64,000 nucleotides of DNA, taken from assembly GCA_048939995.1 (NCBI GenBank), contig JBHLOY010000003.1, positions 192,001 to 256,000 of the forward strand, written 5' to 3'. Under the pieces are notes generated by a model that made no database searches, was not told the DNA's origin, and saw nothing but the letters and a program-made list of their open reading frames with translations. The position numbers and the translations under genes are program-made. The DNA is from Promethearchaeota archaeon. Lineage in GTDB: Archaea > Asgardarchaeota > Lokiarchaeia > Sigyniarchaeales > SOKP01. Numbering within the stretch: the first letter of the stretch is position 1; the number at the start of each line of letters is the position of its first letter. Positions 38,735-48,750 of this stretch are shown here, piece by piece.

Positions 38735-39421
38735 ATGTGGATAATTGGTCATTCAGCACTCGCCTACTTGTTTATTAAACCAATTTATATAGGCTTAAAG
38801 AAGGAACTGATTCCCAGACAAATAATACTCATTTTCATTTTTGCAAATATGTTAGATTCATTACATTTTGGCCCTCTTAGATGGATATCACATAATTTAG
38901 TTGGAGCACTAATTTATTCAGGAATTTGGATAATCATACTTCTAAAGTTAAATATTATCCATAAAAATGAAGTAATTTTTCTTTATCTTGCTGTATTTAC
39001 CCACATCTTAGGCGATTTTTTTATTTCAGGTTTTGATTTATTTCTAATAGTTCACATTTGGAATTTTAATTCAATTGAACATCTTACTATTGAATTTTTT
39101 ATAACACTATTATTTATTATTTCATTTATTTTCTCAAAAGATTATCGGAGATTAAAAGAATATTTAAGATTAAAGCCCGAAAAAGTCGAATTATTAAATA
39201 AGAAGAAATATTTTCAAAAACACAGATATTATTTTATAATAATTTTATTCTTTATCTATTACCTATTTCTTTTGACTCAGTTTCTGATATATAGCATAGA
39301 TCTTTGGAATAACATCACTATAGGATTTTCTTATTTAGCCGTAAAATTGTTAGTATTTTCTGTATTCTTAGGAGATATATCTCTCTTTTCGACAATAATA
39401 ATAAAAAGTTCAGTTGGTTGA
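38735..39421 (+). CDS. Membrane-bound metal-dependent hydrolase (YdjM-like)
   Basis: MWIIGH, ANMLD, WISHNL, THILGD motifs with multiple TM helices. Confidence 0.6.
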   Translation: MWIIGHSALAYLFIKPIYIGLKKELIPRQIILIFIFANMLDSLHFGPLRWISHNLVGALIYSGIWIIILLKLNIIHKNEVIFLYLAVFTHILGDFFISGFDLFLIVHIWNFNSIEHLTIEFFITLLFIISFIFSKDYRRLKEYLRLKPEKVELLNKKKYFQKHRYYFIIILFFIYYLFLLTQFLIYSIDLWNNITIGFSYLAVKLLVFSVFLGDISLFSTIIIKSSVG

Positions 39422-39459
39422 GTTTTTCTTGATGTATCTAGAAATTCTAATCAATAGTA

Positions 39460-41622
39460 TTATATTTCGTGTTTATGTGCTTTCAATTTTACTGTTAAAT
39501 CTCGAGCTCTTTTGGAATACCAAATTAATAACTCTCCTGCATCCTCTGGTTCAAAATATTCACCGCCACACAGCGAAGCAGCTCTTATCATAAGTTCTCT
39601 TTCAGGATTTCCTAAACCAACAATATATATTACCACATTTGGATTTTCTGCAAAAAGCTTTATCGTTTTAAAGAAGTCATCACCATCTGTAGGGACTCCA
39701 TCAGTTAAGAGTACAACCATTGTTGGCTGGTCAGGATTCATTTTATCAAATTCCGTAAGTACTTGGTGTGCTTTTGCCATAGCTTGTCCCATATTTGTGG
39801 CTTGTCCATAAGCATTTCCAATTCGATCCACTATCATGCGTGCTGCATCCTCAAGCACTCCCTTTTTACCGCTAGCTGAATCCATATAAAAGCTATCCAT
39901 AAATGGTAAAATTTGGGCTTCATCAGCGAATCGGATGACAGAGACTTTCTCTCCAAATCCTCTCCCTACCTTTTCACTTAGAAATAAAACTGCGGCAAAA
40001 GCAGCAGCAATACGTCGAGGTATATTGACTCCTGGTTTAAAATGTACAAGAAACTCTTGAATTTCTCGAGATTCCATTGCTGCCTTAATTCCTTCGATAG
40101 CGGGAGCAATATTGGTAACAAAAACATCGCGAGCCATCATACTTCTGCTTATATCGATGATTAGGATAGCATTAAAGGGTATTAGACCTGTTGGAGTCAA
40201 ATTAATAGCAGTATTCGGGGTGATTTGAGCAAAAATATCACCTGTCAAATCTGGAACTGTATTTAATAATGAACATGCGATATTGACTGAACTCCATCTT
40301 AGCTTTATTCCTTTGAATATAATATAATTAGATAACCATCCTTTTAGTGATTCTACATTTTGACGTGCTGTACTGATAATTTCCCACATATTTTCTCCAC
40401 TAATGGGATTAATACCCAGAGCCACATTCTGCAGGGATATAACAGGTCTGAGGTTTTTATAAACCTTGACTTCAAAGCTCCCAATACCCGAGGCTTCTAA
40501 AATCTCACTATCAATTATAATAGTATTAGAAGGAGTAGCTTCGGATATTTCTACTTTAGCAGCACCTATTGCTCCAGTAAGTTCATCTTCGAAGGCTAAA
40601 ATATCATCTTGATTGATTGATAATGTATATTGAGTTCTAGGGCTAACTAGGCAATATCCTAGGAGATTAGGCTGAGATTGAACTTCTAACATAATCACCG
40701 AAGCTTTTTCTATCGGAGGTTCTGTTGAGTACACAAGAATCTGTTCTGCTCGAATGTTAGTATCTTCTTTTGTATCTCTACTCATTCTGATTTCATTAGG
40801 ATTTATCATTGCTTCATTAATTCTGGCAGAACCTGTCGATCGAGTGAGTGGGTCCTCCCACGCAATAAGCAAACCGCTTGCTAATCCTAATTGATGAATA
40901 ATCGAGCTACTTAATTGTACTCTCCCACCTTCGATATTGTTATCTATTACTGGTGTAAGAATTACTCCGCCTTTTTGGCTTTGAAGCATGTATACATCAA
41001 TTCTATTGGGATATTGTTCTGCAGGTGTTGCTTGAGCCCCAAAATCTTGTTTGGTTGTAGAGGGCTGCAAGGATCCGGGTGTTGGAAAAGATGGTGATGG
41101 TATGGGTGTTGGGGTTACTTGTGGTGTTGGAGTAGGTACCGGTGGTTGAGGTACAGATTTAGGCTGAGGGGTGGGTGTATATGTGGGTTGTGGCGTTGGG
41201 GTAGATATTTGCTGAACTTTCGATGGTGGTGTTGGTTGTGGAATTGGAGGTATTATTTGAGGGGGTGGTGTAGGAAGAGGCGTAAGCCCAGGTTGAGTTT
41301 GTGGTTGTGGTTGAGGAGCACTACTGGGAACTTTAGGCATTTGTGTAGGGGTTGCTAACCCTGTTTGACTTGCAGGTCGGATTATTAATTCGACTCCACT
41401 AAATTCTAATATATCCACTATGTTTCTTGAAATTTGAGCAGCAAAATCTAAAACCATATTGGAAATTTCAACTGTACCACTTATTTTTTTACCATTATCA
41501 GGATTTTCTACTTCAACTGATGCACCATTAGAAACACCTAATTTGGTTGCATTTTCTTGGCAAACTACAACTTTTCCAGTGGTGTTTTCATTAACGTCAA
41601 CAAAAACTTTTAATTCAGACAT
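39460..41622 (-). CDS. vWA-domain protein with N-terminal Cdc48-N-like beta-barrel repeats and a Pro/Gln/Thr-rich linker
   Basis: MIDAS IDISRSM..ATNM..LLTDG; repeats of type G(K/R)V..LG(V/L)..G....E(N/D)P; ~110-aa PQPTP linker. Confidence 0.75.
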   Translation of the reverse strand: MSELKVFVDVNENTTGKVVVCQENATKLGVSNGASVEVENPDNGKKISGTVEISNMVLDFAAQISRNIVDILEFSGVELIIRPASQTGLATPTQMPKVPSSAPQPQPQTQPGLTPLPTPPPQIIPPIPQPTPPSKVQQISTPTPQPTYTPTPQPKSVPQPPVPTPTPQVTPTPIPSPSFPTPGSLQPSTTKQDFGAQATPAEQYPNRIDVYMLQSQKGGVILTPVIDNNIEGGRVQLSSSIIHQLGLASGLLIAWEDPLTRSTGSARINEAMINPNEIRMSRDTKEDTNIRAEQILVYSTEPPIEKASVIMLEVQSQPNLLGYCLVSPRTQYTLSINQDDILAFEDELTGAIGAAKVEISEATPSNTIIIDSEILEASGIGSFEVKVYKNLRPVISLQNVALGINPISGENMWEIISTARQNVESLKGWLSNYIIFKGIKLRWSSVNIACSLLNTVPDLTGDIFAQITPNTAINLTPTGLIPFNAILIIDISRSMMARDVFVTNIAPAIEGIKAAMESREIQEFLVHFKPGVNIPRRIAAAFAAVLFLSEKVGRGFGEKVSVIRFADEAQILPFMDSFYMDSASGKKGVLEDAARMIVDRIGNAYGQATNMGQAMAKAHQVLTEFDKMNPDQPTMVVLLTDGVPTDGDDFFKTIKLFAENPNVVIYIVGLGNPERELMIRAASLCGGEYFEPEDAGELLIWYSKRARDLTVKLKAHKHEI

Positions 41623-41723
41623 TCTCCATCATTTATTTATGCATTTCTGATATAAAAATATGTTCTATTATTCATTATAAGAATAATCTTACTTAATGAT
41701 TTATAAGTTTAAATAACCAAAAA

Positions 41724-42113
41724 TTACACTAATGGGTATCTCTTTGAGATTTCACTTGCATAATACCGAAATACTGATACAATCTTACCTAAATCTTCCA
41801 CTTTTCGGCTTGCCCCCATAAGGAAAAATCTACCAGCTGCACTAAGTATTATAAATGCATCTTCTCCTCGTAATACTACTTCTAATAAATCAGTATATCC
41901 AAGGGAATCAATTGCATCTTGACCACTTTGCATTACAACCGCACTTAAACTTGAAAATAGATCAGGATCCACCTCATAATCTGGTATACATGAGAAAGCG
42001 AGTCTCAAACCATCACGAGTAACAAGGGCAAGAGCTTCCAATTCTGTATATTCTGTTATGCTTCCGAGAAATTTGGATAAGCTATGAGCTTCATCTGGGG
42101 TTAAATCACTCAT
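41724..42113 (-). CDS. Roadblock/LAMTOR2 (MglB-like) domain protein
   Basis: LEALALVTRDGL..LFSSLSAVV..LLEVVLRGEDAFIILSAAG. Confidence 0.88.
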   Translation of the reverse strand: MSDLTPDEAHSLSKFLGSITEYTELEALALVTRDGLRLAFSCIPDYEVDPDLFSSLSAVVMQSGQDAIDSLGYTDLLEVVLRGEDAFIILSAAGRFFLMGASRKVEDLGKIVSVFRYYASEISKRYPLV

Positions 42114-42256
42114 ACAAATATATCTGGTTATTTTTTTGAATTTGATATTTTTAATTAATTAATAATTAATAAAAAGTTCAGACTTAAAAATTTATATTTC
42201 TGATTCTAATTTCAATTGAAGTATCAATTTAGTAAAAGAGAGAGATAAAAATGAAT

Positions 42257-43105
42257 TTATTTCTTTGTCTCTAATTGAGATTTAATTTGATCTTTTAATA
42301 TTTCTTTTTTAGACTTATATTCAACTGATGATCCTTCTTTTCCTTCTTGTCTCTTTAGAAATTCAATTGCAAGAATCTTACCATTTTCTGATAATATGCG
42401 TGGTGAATAATTTTCTGCAAAGAAGATTCCTTCAGGTACAGTGCCAACTTTAGAAATTTCTTTTGTTACTTCTTTTTTACCTAAAAAATTTTGAACTTTT
42501 TCGACCACTGAATAAGCGTGATTTCCAATAATTATCAATTCTCTTTCAAAACCATCTGGAATTTTGATTTCTTCTAACTTTTGCATGATCTGTTCGAAAT
42601 TCACATGAGTTTCATCTTGCATTAGTGTTGTAAAAGACTCTTGTCCTGTGTATAATGGGCCTGTATTCTGAATGGCACGATCTCGACTTCCTGCGATGTT
42701 CATACCTTCTGCTGGTTTGGGAGCTCCAAAAGGATCTTTTTCTCTTAAGGGATGAACTGCGGTTGCCGTTCTAGATGCGGGAGATTCATCTACTTTTATC
42801 TCTTTTGCAATACCTCCTTCTGTTTTACCTCCTATTAATTTTAAAAATTCCGATTCCTCTTCACCTTCATCTTGAGGCACGACGGCATAATGCATTCCAA
42901 CCTGACCACGAATTTCTTGGCTTCTTTTCGCTCCAATAAATTTCGCTCTCACGTTGCTTTCTATTCCTTTCCATAAGTAGACTTTCCTAAATTCATCTGA
43001 TACAAGAACGTAACATTCATCAGTTTTCAAAATTTCTTTAATCGAACCATCTGTTGTTATTTCGGTTGTAGTTCCATCCATATTAATTTTGAAGACTTGT
43101 GTCAT
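42257..43105 (-). CDS. Single gelsolin-domain protein with extra C-terminal domain (1DGelX-like)
   Basis: LKTDECYVL..KVYLWKGIESN..VPQDEGEEESEFLKLIG gelsolin repeat signature. Confidence 0.85.
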   Translation of the reverse strand: MTQVFKINMDGTTTEITTDGSIKEILKTDECYVLVSDEFRKVYLWKGIESNVRAKFIGAKRSQEIRGQVGMHYAVVPQDEGEEESEFLKLIGGKTEGGIAKEIKVDESPASRTATAVHPLREKDPFGAPKPAEGMNIAGSRDRAIQNTGPLYTGQESFTTLMQDETHVNFEQIMQKLEEIKIPDGFERELIIIGNHAYSVVEKVQNFLGKKEVTKEISKVGTVPEGIFFAENYSPRILSENGKILAIEFLKRQEGKEGSSVEYKSKKEILKDQIKSQLETKK

Positions 43106-43262
43106 TTTTTTTCCTCAACCGAGAATTCTCTATATAAAAACAAAGATAATTTTTTACTAATATAATAGGTAAAGAATTAATAAATTTTTATCTTCGGATA
43201 ATATTTTGTGTAAAATTCTAACGATTACATATAATTCCTTCATTTTTTGATCCCCAAAAGAG

Positions 43263-44828
43263 TTAATATTTTTGGAGTGATAATAATGCAAGGTCGATAT
43301 TTTTAATCATATCCATAGCGTTAAAACGTTGTCCTATATTTTGTTTACAATATTCACCCAAATATCCATTGAAAAATGCCGCTGAGCAAGCAGAATCAAA
43401 AACTTTATTATTTGTTGCTAAAAAGCATCCACAAAGCCCTGCTAAGACGTCTCCAGTCCCTCCAATAGACATTTCTGGACAACCAGTTCGATTTATTTTC
43501 AGTTTAACTCCATTAGTAATATAATCATATGGACCTTTAACTAAGAGTGTAATTTTAAATTTTTGTGCAAAATCGAATATAATTTTTCCCCTTTCTTCAA
43601 TATGATTATAAGATGGTAAATCGACATCAGTCATGATTTTAAATTCTCCAGCATGAGGAGTTAAGATTACATTTTGGCTTTTTATCAAATTCAAATGATT
43701 CTTAATTAACTTTAAAGCATCAGCATCAAGAACATAAGGTTTAGAGTTTTTCTTTAAATAATTCAGAATCTCTACTAAAAAATTTTCAGTATCTTTTTCT
43801 ACTCCTAACCCTGGACCTATTATTAATGAATTTGACCAGTCTAATAAGGGCTTTAACTCTTCAAATGCAGCGTCTGTTAACCAATCCCCGGGAGTTTGCC
43901 TCACTATGAGATTTGGAGAATAATTTCTAATAACATTCCCAATAATCTCTGGGACATAAGTTATTACTAAATCACAACCAAAATTAATACAAGTAAGAGA
44001 TGAATATGCAGGAGCTCCAGAATAATTTTTTGACCCTCCAATTACTAACAATCTCCCAAATTGCCCCTTATGATAATCTGTCTCTCTTATCTTTAATGTT
44101 GGAAGTAAATCTCCCCGACCAACAAACAAAGCAGCTTCTTGAGGAACTCCTATTGATCGAACTATTAATTCATTTATATACTCGGTTTTGGGGTGTAAAC
44201 CAACCTTAATTTTATGAAAAGTAATTACTAAATCTGCTTTTATCGCCTTATCCAAAACCTCACCCGTATTTGGATTTAATCCACTAGGCACGTCAATTGA
44301 AATTACCTTAATATTAAGTTGACTTCTAACTTCATTGATAAAATCTATTGCGGTAGCAGTCGGTTCTCTAACTCTCCCTTTTATTCCAGTGCCTAATAAT
44401 GCATCAACAATTAACTTAATATTTTTATCTTGTTCTATTAATAGTCCTATTTTACCAATATCAGTCGAATCTTTTATAATTTTTATTGTTATTGAAATTT
44501 CTAAGTTATACCTTATAATCTCCCAATTTAATTTTGCTTCTTCAGTGGAAATCTTTTCAGGATTACCTACTAAAACTACAATACTTTTTACTCCAAATGA
44601 ATTTAAATGACGAGCGACAACAAAACCATCGCCCCCATTATTTCCAGTTCCACAAAAGATTAAAACCTTAGAATATGAATCCAAATTATATTTATTGATA
44701 ATTTCTGTTGCGAATGAATACCCTGCACATTCCATTAAATGACTTTTGGGAATGCCTAACCACTCAGAGTTATTATCTAAAATATCCATCTCTTCAGATG
44801 TAATCCTTTCAGAATTATATCCCTCCAT
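43263..44828 (-). CDS. nnr: Bifunctional NAD(P)HX epimerase/dehydratase
   Basis: LMECAG, CGTGNNGGDG, DALLGTG, DVPSG, HKGQFGR..GGS..YSGAP, GPGLG, LDADAL, LTPHAGEF, GGTGDVLAG. Confidence 0.95.
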   Translation of the reverse strand: MEGYNSERITSEEMDILDNNSEWLGIPKSHLMECAGYSFATEIINKYNLDSYSKVLIFCGTGNNGGDGFVVARHLNSFGVKSIVVLVGNPEKISTEEAKLNWEIIRYNLEISITIKIIKDSTDIGKIGLLIEQDKNIKLIVDALLGTGIKGRVREPTATAIDFINEVRSQLNIKVISIDVPSGLNPNTGEVLDKAIKADLVITFHKIKVGLHPKTEYINELIVRSIGVPQEAALFVGRGDLLPTLKIRETDYHKGQFGRLLVIGGSKNYSGAPAYSSLTCINFGCDLVITYVPEIIGNVIRNYSPNLIVRQTPGDWLTDAAFEELKPLLDWSNSLIIGPGLGVEKDTENFLVEILNYLKKNSKPYVLDADALKLIKNHLNLIKSQNVILTPHAGEFKIMTDVDLPSYNHIEERGKIIFDFAQKFKITLLVKGPYDYITNGVKLKINRTGCPEMSIGGTGDVLAGLCGCFLATNNKVFDSACSAAFFNGYLGEYCKQNIGQRFNAMDMIKNIDLALLSLQKY

Positions 44829-44946
44829 AACAATTACATTAAGTCATAGACATAAAAAAAGGATTATCTAAAATTTTTATTCAAAAAAATTTTAATAGAA
44901 ATAAGGAGAGAATTTAATCTAAAAATTAATTAATTTCTGAAAGAAA

Positions 44947-45402
44947 ATGAGTGATATTGATTTAGGAAAATATAAGATTACACAGTTAGGATATGTATAT
45001 AAAGATATTAAAAAGCAAGTAGATCTACTTGAATCAACTTTAGGGATTCCAAAATTCGCATATTTTGAAAATAAAGGTGTAAATTATAAATATCGAGGCA
45101 AGGATACGAAAATTTGGAACAAATTAGCTCTGAGTAAAGGTATTGGACTTCAAATTGAATTAATTCAAATGATAAAGGGTGAATGTATTTATAGTGAGTT
45201 CATTGATGCTGGGAAGGAAGGATTACACCATTATGCTATCTTTGTCGATGAATTAAAACCCATAAAAGAAAATCTTTTAAGAAAGGGATTTGAAATTGTG
45301 CATGAAGGAACAACTGGTTCAGTTAATACCGTGCATTTTGATACTACACATTCTTTAGGAGTATATCTTGAATTCCAAGAACCTCGTAAAAGGAAAAGAT
45401 AG
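44947..45402 (+). CDS. VOC family protein (methylmalonyl-CoA epimerase-like)
   Basis: QLGYVYKD, QIELIQ, EGLHHYA, YLEF. Confidence 0.85.
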   Translation: MSDIDLGKYKITQLGYVYKDIKKQVDLLESTLGIPKFAYFENKGVNYKYRGKDTKIWNKLALSKGIGLQIELIQMIKGECIYSEFIDAGKEGLHHYAIFVDELKPIKENLLRKGFEIVHEGTTGSVNTVHFDTTHSLGVYLEFQEPRKRKR

Positions 45403-45432
45403 TATCTTTATGATATATAACTCTTCAATAGA

Positions 45433-45538
45433 TGCCGGTGGAGGGATATGAGCCCTCGACCTCCAGAGTTCATCTTTCTGACCCAATTCTACAGATGGAT
45501 TATGAGTCTGGCGCTATAACCAACTAAGCCACACCGGC
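45433..45538 (-). tRNA. tRNA with CAT anticodon (probably elongator tRNA-Met), 32-nt intron at about 45468..45499
   Basis: Acceptor GCCGGTG/CACCGGC; anticodon arm CCAGA-CTCATAA-[intron]-TCTGG; T arm GAGGG-CTCATAT-CCCTC. Confidence 0.85.
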
Positions 45539-45548
45539 ATAAGTATAA

Positions 45549-45651
45549 AGCCCCTGGGGGGATTTGAACCCCCGACCTTTGCCTTACCAAGGCTTAGCGT
45601 AGGATATAGAAATCACATCTTACAACGCTCTACCAGCTAAGCAACAGAGGC
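45549..45651 (-). tRNA. tRNA-Thr(GGT) with 30-nt intron at position 28/29 (45594..45623)
   Basis: Acceptor GCCTCTG/CAGGGGC; D arm GCTT..GAGC; spliced anticodon arm TTGCC-TTGGTAA-GGCAA; T loop TTCAAAT; BHB helix AGCG/CGCT. Confidence 0.9.
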
Positions 45652-45732
45652 TTTTTATTAATTAAAGTATTTGTTCATTAAAAATTTTTTTAATCATTAA
45701 AATAAATGAAAAAAAAAGAAGGATAATAAACT

Positions 45733-46398
45733 TTAGAGGAGACTAGTCAATAATGCTCCGAGAGTAATATAAAACTGAGCTAAAGTATAAGTAGTCATAA
45801 CAACGATTCGAATACCAGAAAATTTTTCTCCAAATGCTTCGATTGCCACAAATGAATCTGAGAATACAAAAAGAACTGAACCCATGTAGATAAATATAAA
45901 CGGTAATCCAGAATATTGTGCTAATCTAAAAATTGCAGCAAGATGCATAAGTAAAATAGCAGCCATATATACTAATACGGGGATTTTCATCTTTTCAGTC
46001 TTATTGATAAACTTTGGCACATTTATGATAATAATCAGAATAACTGGCCCAAGTAAAAACAAACCCCATAGAGGAAAGAGTGCGATATTGCTAATTGAAA
46101 GAAAGAATGAAATAATATAAAAAATTTGGTTTAAGAGAAACGATAACATCCCAAATAAAAACCACTTTTCTTGATTCTTGAGTCCTAGCAAAATATCACC
46201 TCCAAGGCCGAATATTAGAGCAACTACGATGAACCAATCGATTCGTCCAAATGGAGCTCCAAAAAGGTAAAAAAAGATAAGCATTGGCATTAAAAGTGCT
46301 TTAAAAATAATTGTTATTTTAAAGTTTTCTTTGATCTCCCCATAGAGTTCAATAATTACAACGATAAAGAAAAGAATAAGAAAGATATATTCCAACAT
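45733..46398 (-). CDS. YhhN/TMEM86 lysoplasmalogenase family membrane protein
   Basis: FKALLMP, ALIFGLGGDILL, GMLSFL, PVLVY, GSVLFVFSDS, TYTLAQ. Confidence 0.88.
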   Translation of the reverse strand: MLEYIFLILFFIVVIIELYGEIKENFKITIIFKALLMPMLIFFYLFGAPFGRIDWFIVVALIFGLGGDILLGLKNQEKWFLFGMLSFLLNQIFYIISFFLSISNIALFPLWGLFLLGPVILIIIINVPKFINKTEKMKIPVLVYMAAILLMHLAAIFRLAQYSGLPFIFIYMGSVLFVFSDSFVAIEAFGEKFSGIRIVVMTTYTLAQFYITLGALLTSLL

Positions 46399-46496
46399 TT
46401 TTTAATCAATTCTAGAAACTTATAATTAATTGAAGAATATATCTCAAAGATTTAAAGAATTATGGAATTATAGACAAAACTGAATAAGATAACGTT

Positions 46497-47408
46497 TTAC
46501 CTTTTCTTTTCAATTTTGTAAACTTTCGGGATTGATATATTAATTTTAGGAATATAGATTTTAGGTATTTTAATTTTTTGAATAGATTGAAGGGCGTTTT
46601 GATAATTTATAATTATTTCTTCTTGTCCTTTTAAGATATTTACTTCCTTATTTTCTATTTGATCCGTAACTGGTTCTTCTATTTTTAAATCTTTACTAAT
46701 TCCTTGAAGTTGAGTCTTCATTGGTTCTTCTATCGACTTGGGTGAAGATTCACCTATAATTTCTTTCTCTATAGACTCAAAATAATCTATTAGATTCAGT
46801 TTTTTTTTTTCAATAACAATTTTATAATTTCGCATAAGGTTTTCTGTAAAAGGGTATTTTTTAAGCTCATCTAAATCAAACACCCATCCAGAATGAGGAT
46901 CATATAGCAATCCAATGATTTTAATAAACGAAGGTAACTCCTCGGTTGATTTAAGCCTTTCAATTTGATTTGTTATATTCTTGATTTCATCTATGAAAGT
47001 CTTAAAAAAAATCTGAAGGCTTAATTCTACACTTGTTGCATATCGACTCACTTTCTTTAAAGCAGGTTTCGATAATTTTTCCAATAATTTAGATAAATGA
47101 ATTTTTGTCATTCCACAATCAAGATGGCCTAAAATAACAATAAATCTAATATTATATTCATAAATAGCTATCAGAAGAGATCGAAGAACATCTTCACTAT
47201 AGACATTCCCAGCGTTTCTCAAAATAAAAACATCTCCGGGTTCTAATTGAAAAATACGATGCACATCAATCCGGGGATCCATACAGGTAAGAATCAACAC
47301 TGGATATTTAAATTTTGAACGTGTAGTCACTTCTTCTGTTTCTTGTATGATCTTCCATAGATATTTATTATTTCCTTCTAATAGCTTTTGTCTAATGTCA
47401 TCAATCAT
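46497..47408 (-). CDS. Beta-class carbonic anhydrase with C-terminal extension
   Basis: LTCMDPR, LRNAGN, GHLDCG zinc ligands. Confidence 0.88.
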   Translation of the reverse strand: MIDDIRQKLLEGNNKYLWKIIQETEEVTTRSKFKYPVLILTCMDPRIDVHRIFQLEPGDVFILRNAGNVYSEDVLRSLLIAIYEYNIRFIVILGHLDCGMTKIHLSKLLEKLSKPALKKVSRYATSVELSLQIFFKTFIDEIKNITNQIERLKSTEELPSFIKIIGLLYDPHSGWVFDLDELKKYPFTENLMRNYKIVIEKKKLNLIDYFESIEKEIIGESSPKSIEEPMKTQLQGISKDLKIEEPVTDQIENKEVNILKGQEEIIINYQNALQSIQKIKIPKIYIPKINISIPKVYKIEKKR

Positions 47409-47479
47409 TTTTCTTCAATTTTAAGATTCCTAATTTAAATTAATTTAATAAAGGTTAATAAAAAAAATTGAATTTATTA

Positions 47480-48649
47480 CTACTTTTTAACTAATAATTC
47501 TTTGATATTTGAAAGATTACCATTGCCAAGAAAGTTCTTTATTTTGTCTGAGTATTCAGGTAAAAGCTGTAAGAATGGTAAAATTGCTTTAGATAAACTA
47601 CTAAATGCTTCATCTCCATTTCCCATGATAAACATTTTCTCAGGACTTAGATTCTTGAAAATTTCAGGCAAAATATTTGTTAACTGAACAGCTAAGAATC
47701 TTTGATCCGCAGAACTCATTGCCTCAACCTGTTTTTCAAATCCTTCAGCTTGGGCTAACATCTGTTGCTTTATACTTTCAGCTTCACCTTCTGCTTGCGC
47801 AATTAGCCTCTTTTTAATTTGTGCAGCATCTGCTTCGGCTTCAATCACCTTCTTTTGACGGTCTCCATCGGCTTCAATCTTTTTACGTTCTCTCTCTTGT
47901 TCAGCTATTGCAATTTCTTTTTCCTTCCTCCTTATTTCAATATCTCTCTGAACCATTTGTTCTTGTGTTCCGACTTCGTTCTGAACTTCTAACTCTCTTA
48001 TCCTTGATTCTCTTTCAGCGTCTGCTTTAGCTATACGAGCTTTTCGATATTCTATAGCTTGTTTAGTTGCTTCCATGTTCCTCTTTAATTCTGGTTCTAA
48101 AATGTTAACTTCTCTAATTTCTATCGATTCAATTACAAGGCCCCAATCTGCAGTGAGTTCGTGTAATTCCTTACTGACATGTTCAATTATTTCACGGCGT
48201 TCTCTAATTATTTTTTCGAGAGGCATATTAGCACAAGTAGTTCTGATTATCGCTTCTGCTGCATTTTTTAATATTTTTTCTACGTAATGATCATCTCGAG
48301 AAATCCATGATACTGCACTAAAAGCTTTTTCTGGATCGATAACTTTCCAAATTAGCATTCCTACAATAGAGATGTTTTGATATTCCATGGATACTACTTG
48401 TTCATGAGCTTCTAGAATAGTTTGGATGCTCGTAGTAGGAATTACGATATATTCGTCAATTAGTGGTAATAGCCAGATTCTTCCGCCTAATCCTGCGGAC
48501 TTTACTTTACCGTTTCTTAAATGAATGACAAATTGGTTTGTTTTGAACTTTCTATACCTTGTAGCCATGAATATGATAAATAAAACAGCAATTATCACAA
48601 CAGTAACGATGATGCCGATTATCATTCCATTAATCTCTTGAAATAGCAT
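47480..48649 (-). CDS. SPFH/flotillin-family membrane protein
   Basis: N-terminal TM, Band-7 domain (WGLVIESIEIREV), AEA/EA coiled-coil repeats. Confidence 0.9.
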   Translation of the reverse strand: MLFQEINGMIIGIIVTVVIIAVLFIIFMATRYRKFKTNQFVIHLRNGKVKSAGLGGRIWLLPLIDEYIVIPTTSIQTILEAHEQVVSMEYQNISIVGMLIWKVIDPEKAFSAVSWISRDDHYVEKILKNAAEAIIRTTCANMPLEKIIRERREIIEHVSKELHELTADWGLVIESIEIREVNILEPELKRNMEATKQAIEYRKARIAKADAERESRIRELEVQNEVGTQEQMVQRDIEIRRKEKEIAIAEQERERKKIEADGDRQKKVIEAEADAAQIKKRLIAQAEGEAESIKQQMLAQAEGFEKQVEAMSSADQRFLAVQLTNILPEIFKNLSPEKMFIMGNGDEAFSSLSKAILPFLQLLPEYSDKIKNFLGNGNLSNIKELLVKK

Positions 48650-48700
48650 TTCTTTTCACTTCCTCCTTACTTTTTTATTTTTATATTTTTGTATATATTC

Positions 48701-48750
48701 TTAATTTTTTATTTAGATTTTTAATTTTTTATTTAGATTTTTAATTTTTT
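48701..48750. repeat. 20-bp tandem repeat TTAATTTTTTATTTAGATTT x2.5
   Basis: Read directly at the stop codon of the NfeD-like gene. Confidence 0.8.
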
